Positions 23,742 to 35,538 of a stretch of 64,000 nt of DNA are shown here, one piece after another (positions within the stretch are counted from its first letter, which is position 1; each line of letters starts with the position of its first letter). The position numbers and the translations under genes were made by a program. The stretch comes from Peribolospora baueri (taxonomy: Eukaryota): NCBI GenBank assembly GCA_029717555.1, contig JAMDHS010000013.1, positions 62,001 to 126,000 on the forward strand. Direction: 5' to 3'. A model generated the notes under the pieces. It worked only from the letters and a program-made list of their open reading frames with translations, was not told the DNA's origin and did not search any database.

Positions 23742-26700
23742 TTAGCCGACATTCCTGCAAAAGACACATGCAACATCCGAGCAAGGGTCAGACCGGAGAC
23801 GCCTTCTTGAAACATGTCCTTGCTCGCAACGCTCGCTCACCTCTGTTCTGGAGGAAACCATTTCACTCCCAGCCTGCCCAAAATCTCCTCCTCTGAAGCT
23901 GATGCGATAATTCTCCCTATCCGTCCACGGATCAAGGATTGAGAAACGAATAGGATTCAGCCACTATCATGGTATTTGTATCCACCCGCGGATACAGTGA
24001 GGCTTCACCTTCGGTGAGCTTATGGCCCGTCTTCCGGTCCCAGATGGCACCTTCGTAAAGACCTCGTTGGTTGAGTCTGTATCCTTTTTTCTGGGCAAGC
24101 AGGCGCAGGCTTCGGTTACTTTGAGGAAGACATAACGAGGAAGGGTGAGTTGACAGAAGGAGGCATGCGAAACATTTCAAAGCACCCACTAGATCTCATT
24201 GCCAGTGAAGTAGATCAATGCTGTCGATACGCACGCAGGAGGATGAGCATGTTACGTCAGAATCCATTTCGAAAAAGACAGTCCTTAAGAGAATGAACGC
24301 CCTTCGGCATCTCGCTCACCTGCGCCAACCTGGTTGAACGGCGTGCACAAAATATCGAGTCTCCGCTGAGGTAAGCGCGGGTTGAGCTGACATAGACCCA
24401 TCCACTTCGCTTCAACGTCGTCCCAGTCGTGAGGCACAGCCAGGTCGTACGTGATGATGCCTTTTGCATGGAGAACGTTGTGGAGCCCTTTGAGGAGGCC
24501 CTAATGGCGCGTCGCCACATCCCACATGTGATGAGCTTTCCTATCGCTTCTTCGGCTGTCAGCACGAAACTCACAGCGTGTGTACGACCATCATCGGTAG
24601 GCCTAGTGAGGAGGATGTCGATATCTCCGCAAGCTGGGATATAGAGCATTGTGCGGGATGAGTACTTATGACGGGGACGGGAACGGAGCGTCCAGTTCGA
24701 CGAACTCACTGGGGGCGCCTCTTCGGTAACTTCCCATGATCATGACTTGTGCTCGAGGATCGAGTGCGATGGCGGCTTTCTCAATAGTGTTAAAGATCTG
24801 GAAGGCCTCTTGACGTGGGATCCTAATCACCATCCCGAGTCATTTAGAGCTGTGAGCATGATGAAGCCGCCGAGGTGCTTTGCGCTTTGAGCACTCACCT
24901 CTGTTGTAGATCGTCATAGTAACGCAATCCCAACTGCATCGCTTCAGAAAGATCAGTACGCCTGCTGATGTCCTCCAGAGAGCGCATGCCTTGCTTGTAC
25001 CACTTGCGAGCTTGTTTGGATCCGACGCCGTAGATGTCGACACTGAGAGAATACAGCGGCAGGATGAGGAAATCAAAACAATGTCAGGTTACAACAATGT
25101 AAGGGTCGAAAAGGTGGGTTGCCGACTCACAATTTCTTGACAGCTTCATCTTCCGCGTTCTGGAAGCCGAGACGTCTGGAGGCCCAAAACGCCGGTCAAC
25201 CTTGGTCTGTCGTATCATTTGCTACCATTGCTCACCTCAGGCTGTTCGTCTTGACGATCTCGTCGATCTTCCCAGAGCGCATTTATCAATACATGCCTCC
25301 GTCCAATACATCTTGACCTTGTCCTCACCTTTTGTGCTGTCTTTTCCCCGATGCCTCGGAGAGCGACAGCCTCCTCGTACTTTGGAAAAGGAATGAAAAT
25401 TTAGCCGTCAGACTCTATAAGCGGAGGACGACAACAAAAGAAGAGGAAAAGGCAGCATGCTCACCGAGTTGATCTTGCGAGGCTGGTTGCGAAGAATGTT
25501 AACCACTCGCCGATAGCCTGGCGGGAAGGGAAGAGTCTCAGTGAGCCTGCAAATCCAATCGGCATTTGAGTGGAGAACCCAGACCATATAAAAACAACCC
25601 TGCTCCTACACTCACTCATCACGCGCCAGCGATCCCCATCTCCCGCTTGCGCCTCATGATACTCGATCAGTGCTTCGAACTGCAGCCATCATTGTAAACG
25701 CTTTCGCCCAGGCCTAAACCGCTACGGATTACTGCGGATAAGAAGAATCCCACTTACAAATTTGCAAACCCCTTCGTTGGGATTGTTGATTCTAGTACTT
25801 TGGTCGGCCGGGTCCATGCATCGGAACGAACCACCGTTGTCCTTGTCCTTCTGCTCGCGGCCAAACCACAGACGGCGCGAGACGGCGTAAGACGACCTGT
25901 CATCTGAATTCCAAAGTGGCCGAAGGACGACGGGCCCTCACCTTCCTCTTCGTTGCTTTTGCTTCTCTGACCTCCTCCTTCCTCTTCTCGTTCCTTGTAA
26001 ACTCCTCATCTGACGGTCCGTCGCTCGAGTCCACCTGGTTGGCGTGCGGGTTCAAGACGACTATCTCGTCCGTGCTCCTCCGTTTTTCCTTAGTCGGCGA
26101 GGTCGAGGTGAGAAACTCGTGATCGGCGGACGATTCGAGTGCGAAGTCCTCTCCACGCTCGAGCTTATACAAAAGCATGATGCATGAGAAGAAACGGTGA
26201 GACGATGGCTGGCGGGGAACCAAAGCTGAAGGGAATTCGAGGCAAGGTAAGCTAACCCACCGCATCCAGATCTTCGTTCGTTAAATCTTTGGCCAAATGC
26301 AACACGGAATAAAGGTCCACCTGTGCCTCATTTGAGGGGGCGAGGACACGGTGTTCAGTTACTGAAAGTGGCCCTCTTCCTTTGGCGAGCTGAAGATCCA
26401 CTCCCTTGTGACCGGCGTCGGAGAGTGACCTGTCTAGCCAGTGTAAAGCCGGTGGATCGGCGGAGATGTCTTCAAGGACCGGTGATGGCGATCCATCGCG
26501 AAGTTGGATTTCCTTTCCTTTCGATGAATCGCCGGGTGACAAGGCGCCGTGCTGCCTCGTGTCGTCGTAGTGCCGGGAGGCATTGCTCGGGCCCTCCGTG
26601 GAGTTTTCTGCGACCGCGGAAAGAGGGTGGGGGCGGAGCAGATATGAGGGCGGAGGGACAGGAGCTCCATTCGCCTGCAGGATGAGCTGATTGTGCTGAT

Positions 26701-28242
26701 GCATCGGATGTAGGAGTAGAGGGTCAGACCAACAGCCTCCGTCCTGCGCATCAGGCATGAAAGTAAGCACACCTGCAGGCAAGCCACAATCCAATCCCTA
26801 CGAACTACTATAATCTCCGCAGGTACCTCATCCCATGATTCAATCCCAAGCACCGACTTGCATTCGCGCTCGCTCAGAGCTGTGACAATGTGTGTCACTG
26901 TGTTGGGGTCGTAAGAACCGGTGGGCGTGGCGCCGTGTTTGAAGAGCTGCGGACAGCAACACAGAGTAAAGATCGAGAGCTTTCAGAGACCGACATAAAG
27001 ATTCCACCACGAAGTACTGAGATTTCAGATCTCGCTTGAGCAAGAAATACGTAGGACTCACCCTTTCGACATCTCTTCTGACGCTAGCATCGAACCGTTT
27101 CGCAGCGGTGAAGATCGCCATACCTTGAAACAGACCTCCCGGCGGGATGCGCGCTCGCAAGCGCTCCGAATATTCCAGCATACTGATCTTCTTTCCACCC
27201 GATCCACACGCTACTTCCGAACCTCCTGCTGCCAACGCCAAAGCCGTTCCGCGGGCCTTTCGAGACGCCGTTGCGTTCTTCATTGTAGCGAGAGCAGTGC
27301 CAGCTGACTGAGGCGGCCGTTGTCCTATACCCCGCTTGGGGTTGTCGCTATTTCTCATCTCACCATGCCCAGCACTATTCAGGGTGATGGTAGAAGGGCC
27401 AGCGACGGCCGATTGGAAAAGCAAGCTCCTCTTCCTCGCTTGATCTTTCTTGCGCGCGAGCAGACTAGCGGCGCCCTTGCGTTGCTTCTTCGTTTCCGCC
27501 TGTACAGGCCCCCAAGGACCTGTACGCTTAAAGGAGACATCTGGGGTGGTGATGTGGCCGCTTTCAACGCTGTTGGGTGCGATATGCGAACAAGAGGGCC
27601 GCTGAGGTGTAGTCTGAGCGGGTGGAGGAGGTTCAACGTTAAAATCCCCTTGAGGCTTTTTCTGAGCAGATGTGGCCGTACGTCCTCCGCCGGGCCATAC
27701 ATTGCCGACCGCACCGTCATTACCCGCATGCAAAACAACGTCGGTCTCGATGGCAGACGGAGGTTCTTGGGCTCGTGCATACAGCTCTGGCGAGGTTTCG
27801 GCCTGAATACAAGGGAAAGAAAGTGAATGGGACGGAAAAGCACGACCAGTGAGAATGACACCCGTAGAGTTAAAGAGGAGTACCGGATCGTCCCGGTTTT
27901 CGCCCATCTTGGAAATGGCTTGTGGGCGCCAGTCAGTTGAAAAAGGGAAGAGCTGCTCACTTCCGCATGGTAATCCAAGAGTTCCTTTACTCCGGAGTGC
28001 AATGCAGCCAAAGAACCCATTGCGGACGTCTCGGGTACCCCCTCGGGGCTTTCCCCTTCGCCCCGGCTCGCCCTCTCATTCTCGCGGATACGCGGATGCT
28101 CCTTGTCCTTGCCTTTGCTTCGATCGCGGTGGCGACGGCGCTTACGGCGAGGCCGATCAAATTCGTCAGGAGCCTCTAGGTGGAGGTCACGCTCAACCTG
28201 CGAGAGGTGGTCGAAGAAAGGTCGAAGCGGATGGTAGACCAT
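23742..28242 (-). CDS. Family X DNA polymerase (Pol lambda/Pol4-like) with BRCT-like region, multi-exon
   Basis: THIVTAL...VVRRDWIVACL (BRCT-like); IYGVGSKQARKWY (HhH); IMGSYRRGA-CGDIDILLTRP; RRLDIL; ALIYFTGN; NRSLRLLAQKKGYRLNQRGLY; SEEEILGRLGVKWFPPEQR. Confidence 0.9.
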
Positions 28243-28343
28243 TGTAGAAGATCAGAACTGAATGTCCCCTCGGCCCGTGAGGCTTCTAGGTGCCGTCGGT
28301 GACATAAGCAGGGTGTGCTGCGGCACAGTAACCGCCGCGTTGA

Positions 28344-28355
28344 GCGACGCGTCGC
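28344..28355. promoter_or_regulatory. Palindrome GCGACGCGTCGC containing an MCB (ACGCGT) element in the Pol X/ASK1 bidirectional promoter
   Basis: Perfect 12-bp palindrome inside the 176 bp between the two divergent ATGs. Confidence 0.5.
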
Positions 28356-28416
28356 GGCGAAGCAAAGATGGACGAGGGGAATGGACAGGAAGGAACACCA
28401 TCGACGACCTTGTCGA

Positions 28417-28529
28417 CCATGGCGTCCTCTTCCCACTTCGCCCGGCCGTCCATGGCTCCTTCATCTTCTCACCTTGCGCGGCCGTCCATGGCCCCTTCGT
28501 CTTCCCACTTTGCCCGGCCGTCCATGGCC
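28417..28529 (+). repeat. Coding tandem repeat, 33/36/36 bp plus a partial unit
   Basis: Three units ccatggc...c(c/g)cggccgt encoding MA(P)SSSH(F/L)ARPS. Confidence 0.9.
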
Positions 28530-29997
28530 GCCGCCTCAGCGACACACTACCCCACCGGGGAGCCCATCCCCATCACCGAGCAGCTCATGCAGCTTGACCA
28601 GGCCATCACGCTCACGCTCCAGGAGATCGACGCCAACTTTGCCAAGTCTCACCAGATAATTACCTCCAAGATCTTGCCTGCCGTGAAACGGTATGGCGTG
28701 GCGAGCATGCAGACGTGGGACAACGCCAGGGTGAGCTTTCCCTCCGGTTTGCCTCGCTCTTGCCATGCGCTGCACCGCTCATTGATACCTTTCAATGAAC
28801 GACCAGTTTTGGAAAGCGTTCTTTGAATCCAGCGCGAACGTCAAGCTCTCGAACGCCCCGGACGATGCCACGACGACGGCGGAAGACACGTCCACGCACA
28901 GCGGTACGGGCGTGGACCGGTCGCAGTACTCCTTCTCGTCCCAACAGCAGGACGTTTCCTATGGAAGAGAAGGTATCGGCGGAGAAGACCCGAGAGACGA
29001 CAACACGTCCTTCCTTGCCGCTATCGGTACCGCTGCTCAGTCGTCTCCTGCGAAAGGTCTCCGCGGAAAGGGGGCTATACCACCGCCCGCCGACGGGCCG
29101 TCGTTCTCCTCCAGCGCCGATTCGCCTTTCGAGAAGTTCAAGCGGGAGGTGGCATCTGAGTTTGGTCATGGAAATGACCACGGTAGCAATCACACTTCTG
29201 ATCTTTCCACCTCCCCATTCGCCGGCGCCGGCACCAACCCTTCATCAGACGACAGCCTCGCACTGCCTCCTCCTTCGAACCTGCTGCACAAGGTGCTCGT
29301 CAAGAACCACCTTGTCAAGAATCATCGGGTGGTGGTGGAGACGACTCCCAGAGCAGCTCGGAATCCTTTCAAGCCCGCGTCAGCAGGTCAGCGCTGGGAC
29401 GGTATCGCCGACCTGCGCACGACCGGCCTCAACAACAAGGGCGCTCCTAAGACTCCGGAATCGGACTACGACTCGGACGATTCGGACTTGTTCAACTTAC
29501 CGCAGGGAATGTCCCCTCCCTGCACTATGCAGTTTTCTATCCCTCGATCCCGCTACACAAAAACTCCAGCGAAGGAGGCGGCGAGGTTGATGGTCGACGA
29601 CCTGTTGCGCACCGTCGGAGGCAAGGAGGACTCTGCGCTGTGGAACGGAGAGTGGAAGGGCGGTGCGGGGGGAATGTTGGACGATGGTACGCCCGTACGA
29701 GGGGGAGGAGGCGGGGGACGGAGCAAGGGAAGTAGGAGAGACTCGCTACCTACCCCTCCCACGCTCACCCGACGATTATCAACGACACCGCAAGTTCAAG
29801 CGCCGTCGCTTCTCCGGAACACGGGCACTGGCGGGGGAGGGTCAAGCGCGGCGTCCATGTTGCTCGACTCTGGAGAGGGAGGGGAGGGTGACGACGGAAT
29901 AGACTGGACGCTTCAGCCAGGGGCGAGGAATGCGGCTTCGTCGAGTTCGACAGCGCCGGCGCCGGCGCCGGCTCCTACCCCTGACGTTTTCTCTTGA
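28419..29997 (+). CDS. ASK1: DASH/Dam1 complex subunit Ask1 (2 exons)
   Basis: EQLMQLDQAITLTLQEIDANFAKSHQIITSKILPAVKRY...-FWKAFFESSANV; later WDGIADLR and GMSPPCTMQFS...KTPAKEAARLMVDDLLR. Confidence 0.88.
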
Positions 29998-30365
29998 TCT
30001 CGCTCGGTTCGTCCATTCGAATTCTCCCTACTGTGTATTATGTACCCTTACTTTTACCTTGGACGCTTGGAACAACTTGATATCTTATTACTCCGAGTGG
30101 ACTGTATTCGACTTTCGAGGCGTTGTCGTTCCTCTCGGGCTCTCGACGGAGAGTCTTTCTCTAGGATGCGAGGGCCGACCTCTTCAGCGCTCCTTTCTCC
30201 TATACTCTGTCACGTGACCGATGACCAGTTCGCTCCAGACGCGCCTTGCTTGCCGCTCGTTCAAACGCGACCGATCGTCAGCCGCCATCGCCGCCTTGGA
30301 CTTCCATACCGAGAGGACGAGTCGAGTCAGGTAGGACGAAGAGGAGAAAGAGAAACGGAAAAAGA

Positions 30366-32531
30366 ATGCCGCCAAAGGTGCTTTCGTACTCCTCCGCCCC
30401 ACAAAACAGGCAGGCACACCAGAACGCGGCATCTTCGCGCGCGGGCGGGTCGGCGCCTAAGGCGGCCAAGTCGGTGAGTAGGCGCGGCAAAGGTGGACGA
30501 CACGCGACGGGCGCCCGCTGGGACAGCTTCTAGCGATCTCCAAATCGGCCCGCTCTCCCTACCTTTCACGCTTACTGACATGGACCGAACCGGCCGAACG
30601 TGGTCGGACATTGGTGCCGATCCGCGTATAGAGCAGCCAGGGGGCGCCTTCGTCTCGAACGTTCAGCTTGCAAACGGGATCAGTCGGAGAAGGGGAGGAG
30701 TCGGATGAAGACATGGTGATGGAAGGTGAGTTTGGCGTCGTTTTCACTTCTGACCCGCGCACTTTGCTTGTAGGGGCGAAAGAGTTCGACAGTTCGAGGT
30801 TATGTGACACCGTCCTTCGCCTTCCCACGTTTTCTTATACGCCGCCCACTCTGTCCTTTTGCATCCATATCCTGAAGTCAAGCCAAGTGCGCGTCAACGA
30901 ACAAAGACATCATCTTCGGCTCTTTACTCATCCTCAAGCGCAGCAGCGCGGGCAGGAAAGCGCAAGGCGGTGGTGGACGACGACTACGAGGAACAGTTTA
31001 CCTTGGGGAACGACCATCTCGGTGGGATGACGGGCGTGCAGAAGAAGGGCCAACCTCGTGCCGGCACCAAGCAGCAGGGACGGACGGTCACCGCGAGGGA
31101 TTATGCTGGGGACAAGAGCGAGGACGACGATGCGGATGTGATGATGGTCGAAAACGCGTTGAACAAGGTCAACAAGGCGCCGCCGAATGGGCGAACGCCC
31201 GCGGCGGCTGGTGCCAGTCGGGTCAGCCAGTCGGAAAAGGAGCGAAGATTGGAGAGGAGGTTGGAACAAGTGAGTGCTTTGGACTGCTGCTTCGGACTGG
31301 GTTACTGGAGCGTTCGTTAAATTGAGATGAGGCCGGCCGTCCCATGTGCTGTGCTATTTCGATGCGCGTCCTAAACAATCCGCTGTCCTTCACTCTCCGC
31401 CCCCACCCCCCCCCCCCGGCTTTGCTATTCGCAGCTCACGCAGGAACGCGACGAACTAACACGACAGTTCGAGGAGCTTCGCGACCTTCGCACGTCCGAG
31501 CCCGAGCGGACGTTAATGGAGTACAAGCAGTTGATGAACGATCGACATCGAGGTGAGCGAACTTGTGTCCATGATCTCTTTCCTTTGTCATTACACGATG
31601 GGAAGGTCGAGCTTCCTACGTGTTCCTTCCCCGCGCCTCAAACTAAACAGCTGCCCAGGACCTCATCGTCGAGCTCAAAAACCGGATTGCCACGACCGAA
31701 AAGCGCAATCGAGAGCTGGTTGCCAGCAGTGCTTCGTTGCGTGACGGGGAGCAGGAGCGAAGAGCGGAGAGGGAACGGCATGCTGCGGAGCTGGCGGCGA
31801 AGGATAGGAAGATTCACGAGAGGGATCAAGAGAGTGAGTCGAGAAGTTGGAGGAAGCTAGAGAGCAGACATGTGTGCCGCTGGCTCGGTGACACAGTATG
31901 GCTTATACGCTCTTCTTCGCATCCTTGCACAACCGCCAATCCGCTCAGTCTCGGCGCTCCACAGCGACCTCGTACGACTAGAACGAGCTTCCGCGAGACC
32001 CCAAGCTCCGCCCACGGACACGGGCGCACGAAGAGGTGGTGCGGGCACGGCCGGAGGCGCGAGTGCGAATGACGAAGACACGCAGAGGAAGCTCCGACTC
32101 TACGAGGACCTCACCGGGTTGGCTATCCAGGGCGTCTTGCCTGCCGAGGACCCGAAATTCAGGAAATTCAGCTGCTTCTTCTCCGCTCCTGATCATCGCG
32201 GTGAGCGAATGTTTGTTCTAAACGGAACCTTGGCTTTGGGCCGTGCGCTCATTCGCTCTTTTTAACCGAACGATCCTCCTTTTGGACGCGCCAATGCTTT
32301 CCTGCAGATCTCATCTTCAACCTGGAAGAGTCCCGTTCAGAACGTTATAACGCTTATCTGAAGACGAATCAGTCGCGCGACGACGTCATCTACCAGCCAA
32401 AGTTTGACCCGGCGCACGACGTCGAGGTACGGGACCAATTGCCGCCTCACTTCCGAGACCACCTCCGCTTCGAGCGTGGGAGTGGACTCAAGTTCTTGGA
32501 GAAGCTAAGGCAAGGTCTGAGGAAGAAGTGA
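30366..32531 (+). CDS. Monopolin subunit Csm1/Pcs1-like kinetochore protein, multi-exon
   Basis: Disordered N-terminus; coiled coil ERDELTRQFEELRDLRTSEPE; C-terminal RKLRLYEDLTGLAI...FSC...LIFNLE...IYQP...LPPHFRDHLRFER...FLEKL matching the Csm1 RWD-like pattern as recalled. Confidence 0.7.
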
Positions 32532-32920
32532 TTTCGGGGCTCGGCGGTTCCCTGGGCGCGTGCGGGATTTGAATGGTCGGAACGCGCGGCAATGATGATT
32601 TTTCCATCACCCCCCCCTTCCTTGATCATGTTGTTTATTAGCTAGCTCCTTGCTCCCTCTGCGCACCGCTCTCTTGCCTCGGCTCCGTTGAGCTATAATA
32701 CCCTGTATTCTTGTCGTCGCCTCGCTCGTCGGACGCTCGTCCCTTCCACTTGGCCATCCGACGTCCTCTTCGCATGCAAACGAATAGGGGCACCTATTTC
32801 TATGGTCATCCAATTTTCGGTGAAAGCGCTCTCCGAGCCGACCGAGCACACACTCGACGACACACCTCCGCCGCACGCCGCCGTGACATGATACAGACAG
32901 GCGACCGAAAGGTTCCTCTT

Positions 32921-35097
32921 CTACAGACCCAGCTCATCCACATACGGGAGCGCGTAGACGTTACCGACAGCGACAGACGTAGGGCTCGACTTGAGCACCT
33001 TGTCGGCAGCCTGCAAAGAGAAGTTTGGAAAAGAAACAAAAAAAGATTGTCAGTACAAAAGGTCAACTGCAAGTCGGTAGTGACCCACGAGGAGGAGGTC
33101 CGGAAAAAGTATCCGACTCTCTTCTCACCTTGCTGACGGAGGCGGCGTCCACAGACTCAAGAGCCTGGAAAGTGCTCTCGACCGTCGCGATCTCACCCTT
33201 CTCCAGAAGCTGAAGACGGAAAGCCACGCCACGTACGACGATTGGTCAGTACAAGCCTGGGACTTAGGCGACGATTTAAGAAAGAACAACGATACTCTAC
33301 CTGAGCGGCAGCGAGCTCGACGCTCGTCGTCCTGCCCTCCAGCGCCGAGGCCGCGGCAAACTTGGCCTTGGCGACCGCCTTCTGGAGCTCTTCGGCCTTC
33401 ACACCACCGGCGACGTCCTTGAGGGCGCCGATGGCCGCCTTGACGATGTCCGAGACCTTGGAGGTGGGCGCCTCGACACGGACGCCGAAGAGACCGGCGT
33501 CAGAGAAGGACACGTTGAACGCCTGGGCGGAGGCGCCCTGAACGGATTCGGCCGCCTTGGACAGAGGGGAGAGGCCGCTTGACCACTTGACCGCCGCTTC
33601 ACCGCCGAGAATAGCGCGGAGGACGGCAAACTCGGGGTTGGTGGAGCTGGGGCCGCCGGGGAAAGCGAGGAGGTACTGGTCCTTGGGACCGGAGAAGGGA
33701 ATGCGCTGGTCGCCGCCGTGGTAAGCGGTGGAGCCCGAGGTGAGGCTGGAGGTGTTGGCCAGGCCGGCGAAGTGCTTCTCGACCAGACGGGACAAGTCGC
33801 TGCCGCTCATGCCGGAACCGAGAATGGCCACGTTCGACTTTGCGAAAGCAGCGTTGGCGAAGGAGACGACGCGGTCGAGGGTGAGGGGCGCAGAGGGGGA
33901 GGCGAACAGAGACGCACCAAGGCCGCGGCCGCGGTAAGCGGTTTGCGTCAAAGAGTCGAAGGCGAGGGTGGAAGCGTCATGGACGGCCTGCTCGTACTCG
34001 GCCTGAACCTGGGGAACGACGACCTCCTTGTACTCGTGCGGGAAGAACTTGGCCTGCGTCAGCTGCTGCCCGAGGATCTCGGCAAAGAAGGCCCTAGCAT
34101 AGCAAAAGGAGACGAGGGGCAGGTCATCAGCTTCTGCAACGGTCTCTTAGTGGTACAACGGCCGGAGAGCCGCCTAGCTGCCGAAGCAGTAGAGAGAAAC
34201 GGAGGATCGAACTCTACTCACTCATCGCCCTGCAAAAACTCGGCGGTGAGGAAGAGGTACTCCTTGGTGAGAGAGGCGGAAAGCACGCCTCCGTAGAGCT
34301 CCGTCTCACGGACGAGCCTGAGCGCCGACCGCCCCTCGGTGCTCTGAGGGTCCAGACGGGGATGGAAAAGGACGGATAGTGATCAACAAGAAGATCCAAT
34401 TTTTCGAGCGCGAGGAGATGTGCTTTCCGCACAGCGTTGCCAAGAACGTGCGAGAGCCACACCGGTGTTCGAACCGGGCAGGCAAGCACGAGCCGACCTG
34501 TCCATCCGAACCGGAACTCCTCCTTCCACAGTCTCCAGCAATGTGCTCACGCCCCCTTCCCCATTTGCGAGCGAGCGCTTACATCGATCTCAAGAAACAT
34601 GTCTGGACGTCCAGCGGCGCTCGCATGTCCGATCCTATCATCGTCACACGCCTCCCCTCCCAACCAGCCTAAAACCCGGACGATTCCCTTCCGGCCCCCG
34701 CCTGCCCTAGAAAACCTTTCCTCGGCCGGCGTCCCTCGCACCGACCGATCGCCCTCCCGACCTCCCCTACACGAGCTCAAGCGGCCCAAACCCGAGACGA
34801 CCCAAGTCCGACCACGCTACGCCCCCCCCCGCTCACCTTGAAGGCAAAGTTCTTGAGCACGTGCGCAGCGCCGGGGGCGGTCTCGTGCCTGGGGCCAGCC
34901 TTGACGGCGACGGTGATGGTGGAGGTGGGCGCGGCGGGGGCGGCAGCGTCGGAGGCGGAGGCGACGGCGAGGCGGAGACCTCCGGGCCCGGATTGGGCCG
35001 TGAAGGCACGTCGGCCGGCGAGGACGCTAGCCGGGGAAGCGGCGGCGGCGGCGCGGAGGGCGCGGGCGCGAGCGGAGGAGAGGAAGGTGAGGGCCAT
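32921..35097 (-). CDS. QCR2: Cytochrome bc1 complex core protein 2 (M16 family, no HXXEH), multi-exon
   Basis: Presequence; VKAGPRHETAPGAAHVLKNFAFK-STEGRSALRLVRETELYGGVLSASLTKEYLFLTAEFLQGD; AYRGRGLGASLFA; VKWSSGLSPL; SDAGLFG; AVGNVYALPYVDELGL. Confidence 0.93.
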
Positions 35098-35538
35098 GGG
35101 TGGGTGGGGGCGAAGAGGGGAGAACGAGGAAAGGGGGGCAAGGCGAAGGTGAAGCGGTAAGAGTAATCGGCGGGACGCGATTCGAAGGCCGTGAAGGATT
35201 GCCCATGGACGAGGCGGGCGAACCGGTCGGGCCCATCTCCCAAGGGCAGGCGTGGGAACCTCGGACTAACCCTAACCACATCCGATCAGTGCCGGCTTGG
35301 GCCGGGACCCGGACGAGAGTCGACGGAATGGCGGGCGAGAAGAGAAAGCACACGGACATCAGTGTAATAATGGATCTCGACAGATTAAGGCGAGAGCGGG
35401 AATGTAGGTACAGAAAGAAGAGGTGGGACACACAGAACACAAAGTTCGACGGAGCCGGCTTTCATCCGGAAAGCAAGAAGGGTTATAACGAACGGACTAA
35501 AACGGACAGGCAGGATTCTCGTCCACCGGGAAGGGCGT

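Noticed and set aside
28417..28529. CRISPR-like array
   Set aside because: Units abut with no unique spacers, are in-frame coding sequence, and the DNA is eukaryotic
1021..35097. Iron/respiration gene cluster (ACO1, frataxin, QCR2)
   Set aside because: Spread over 34 kb with many unrelated genes between; no shared motif seen
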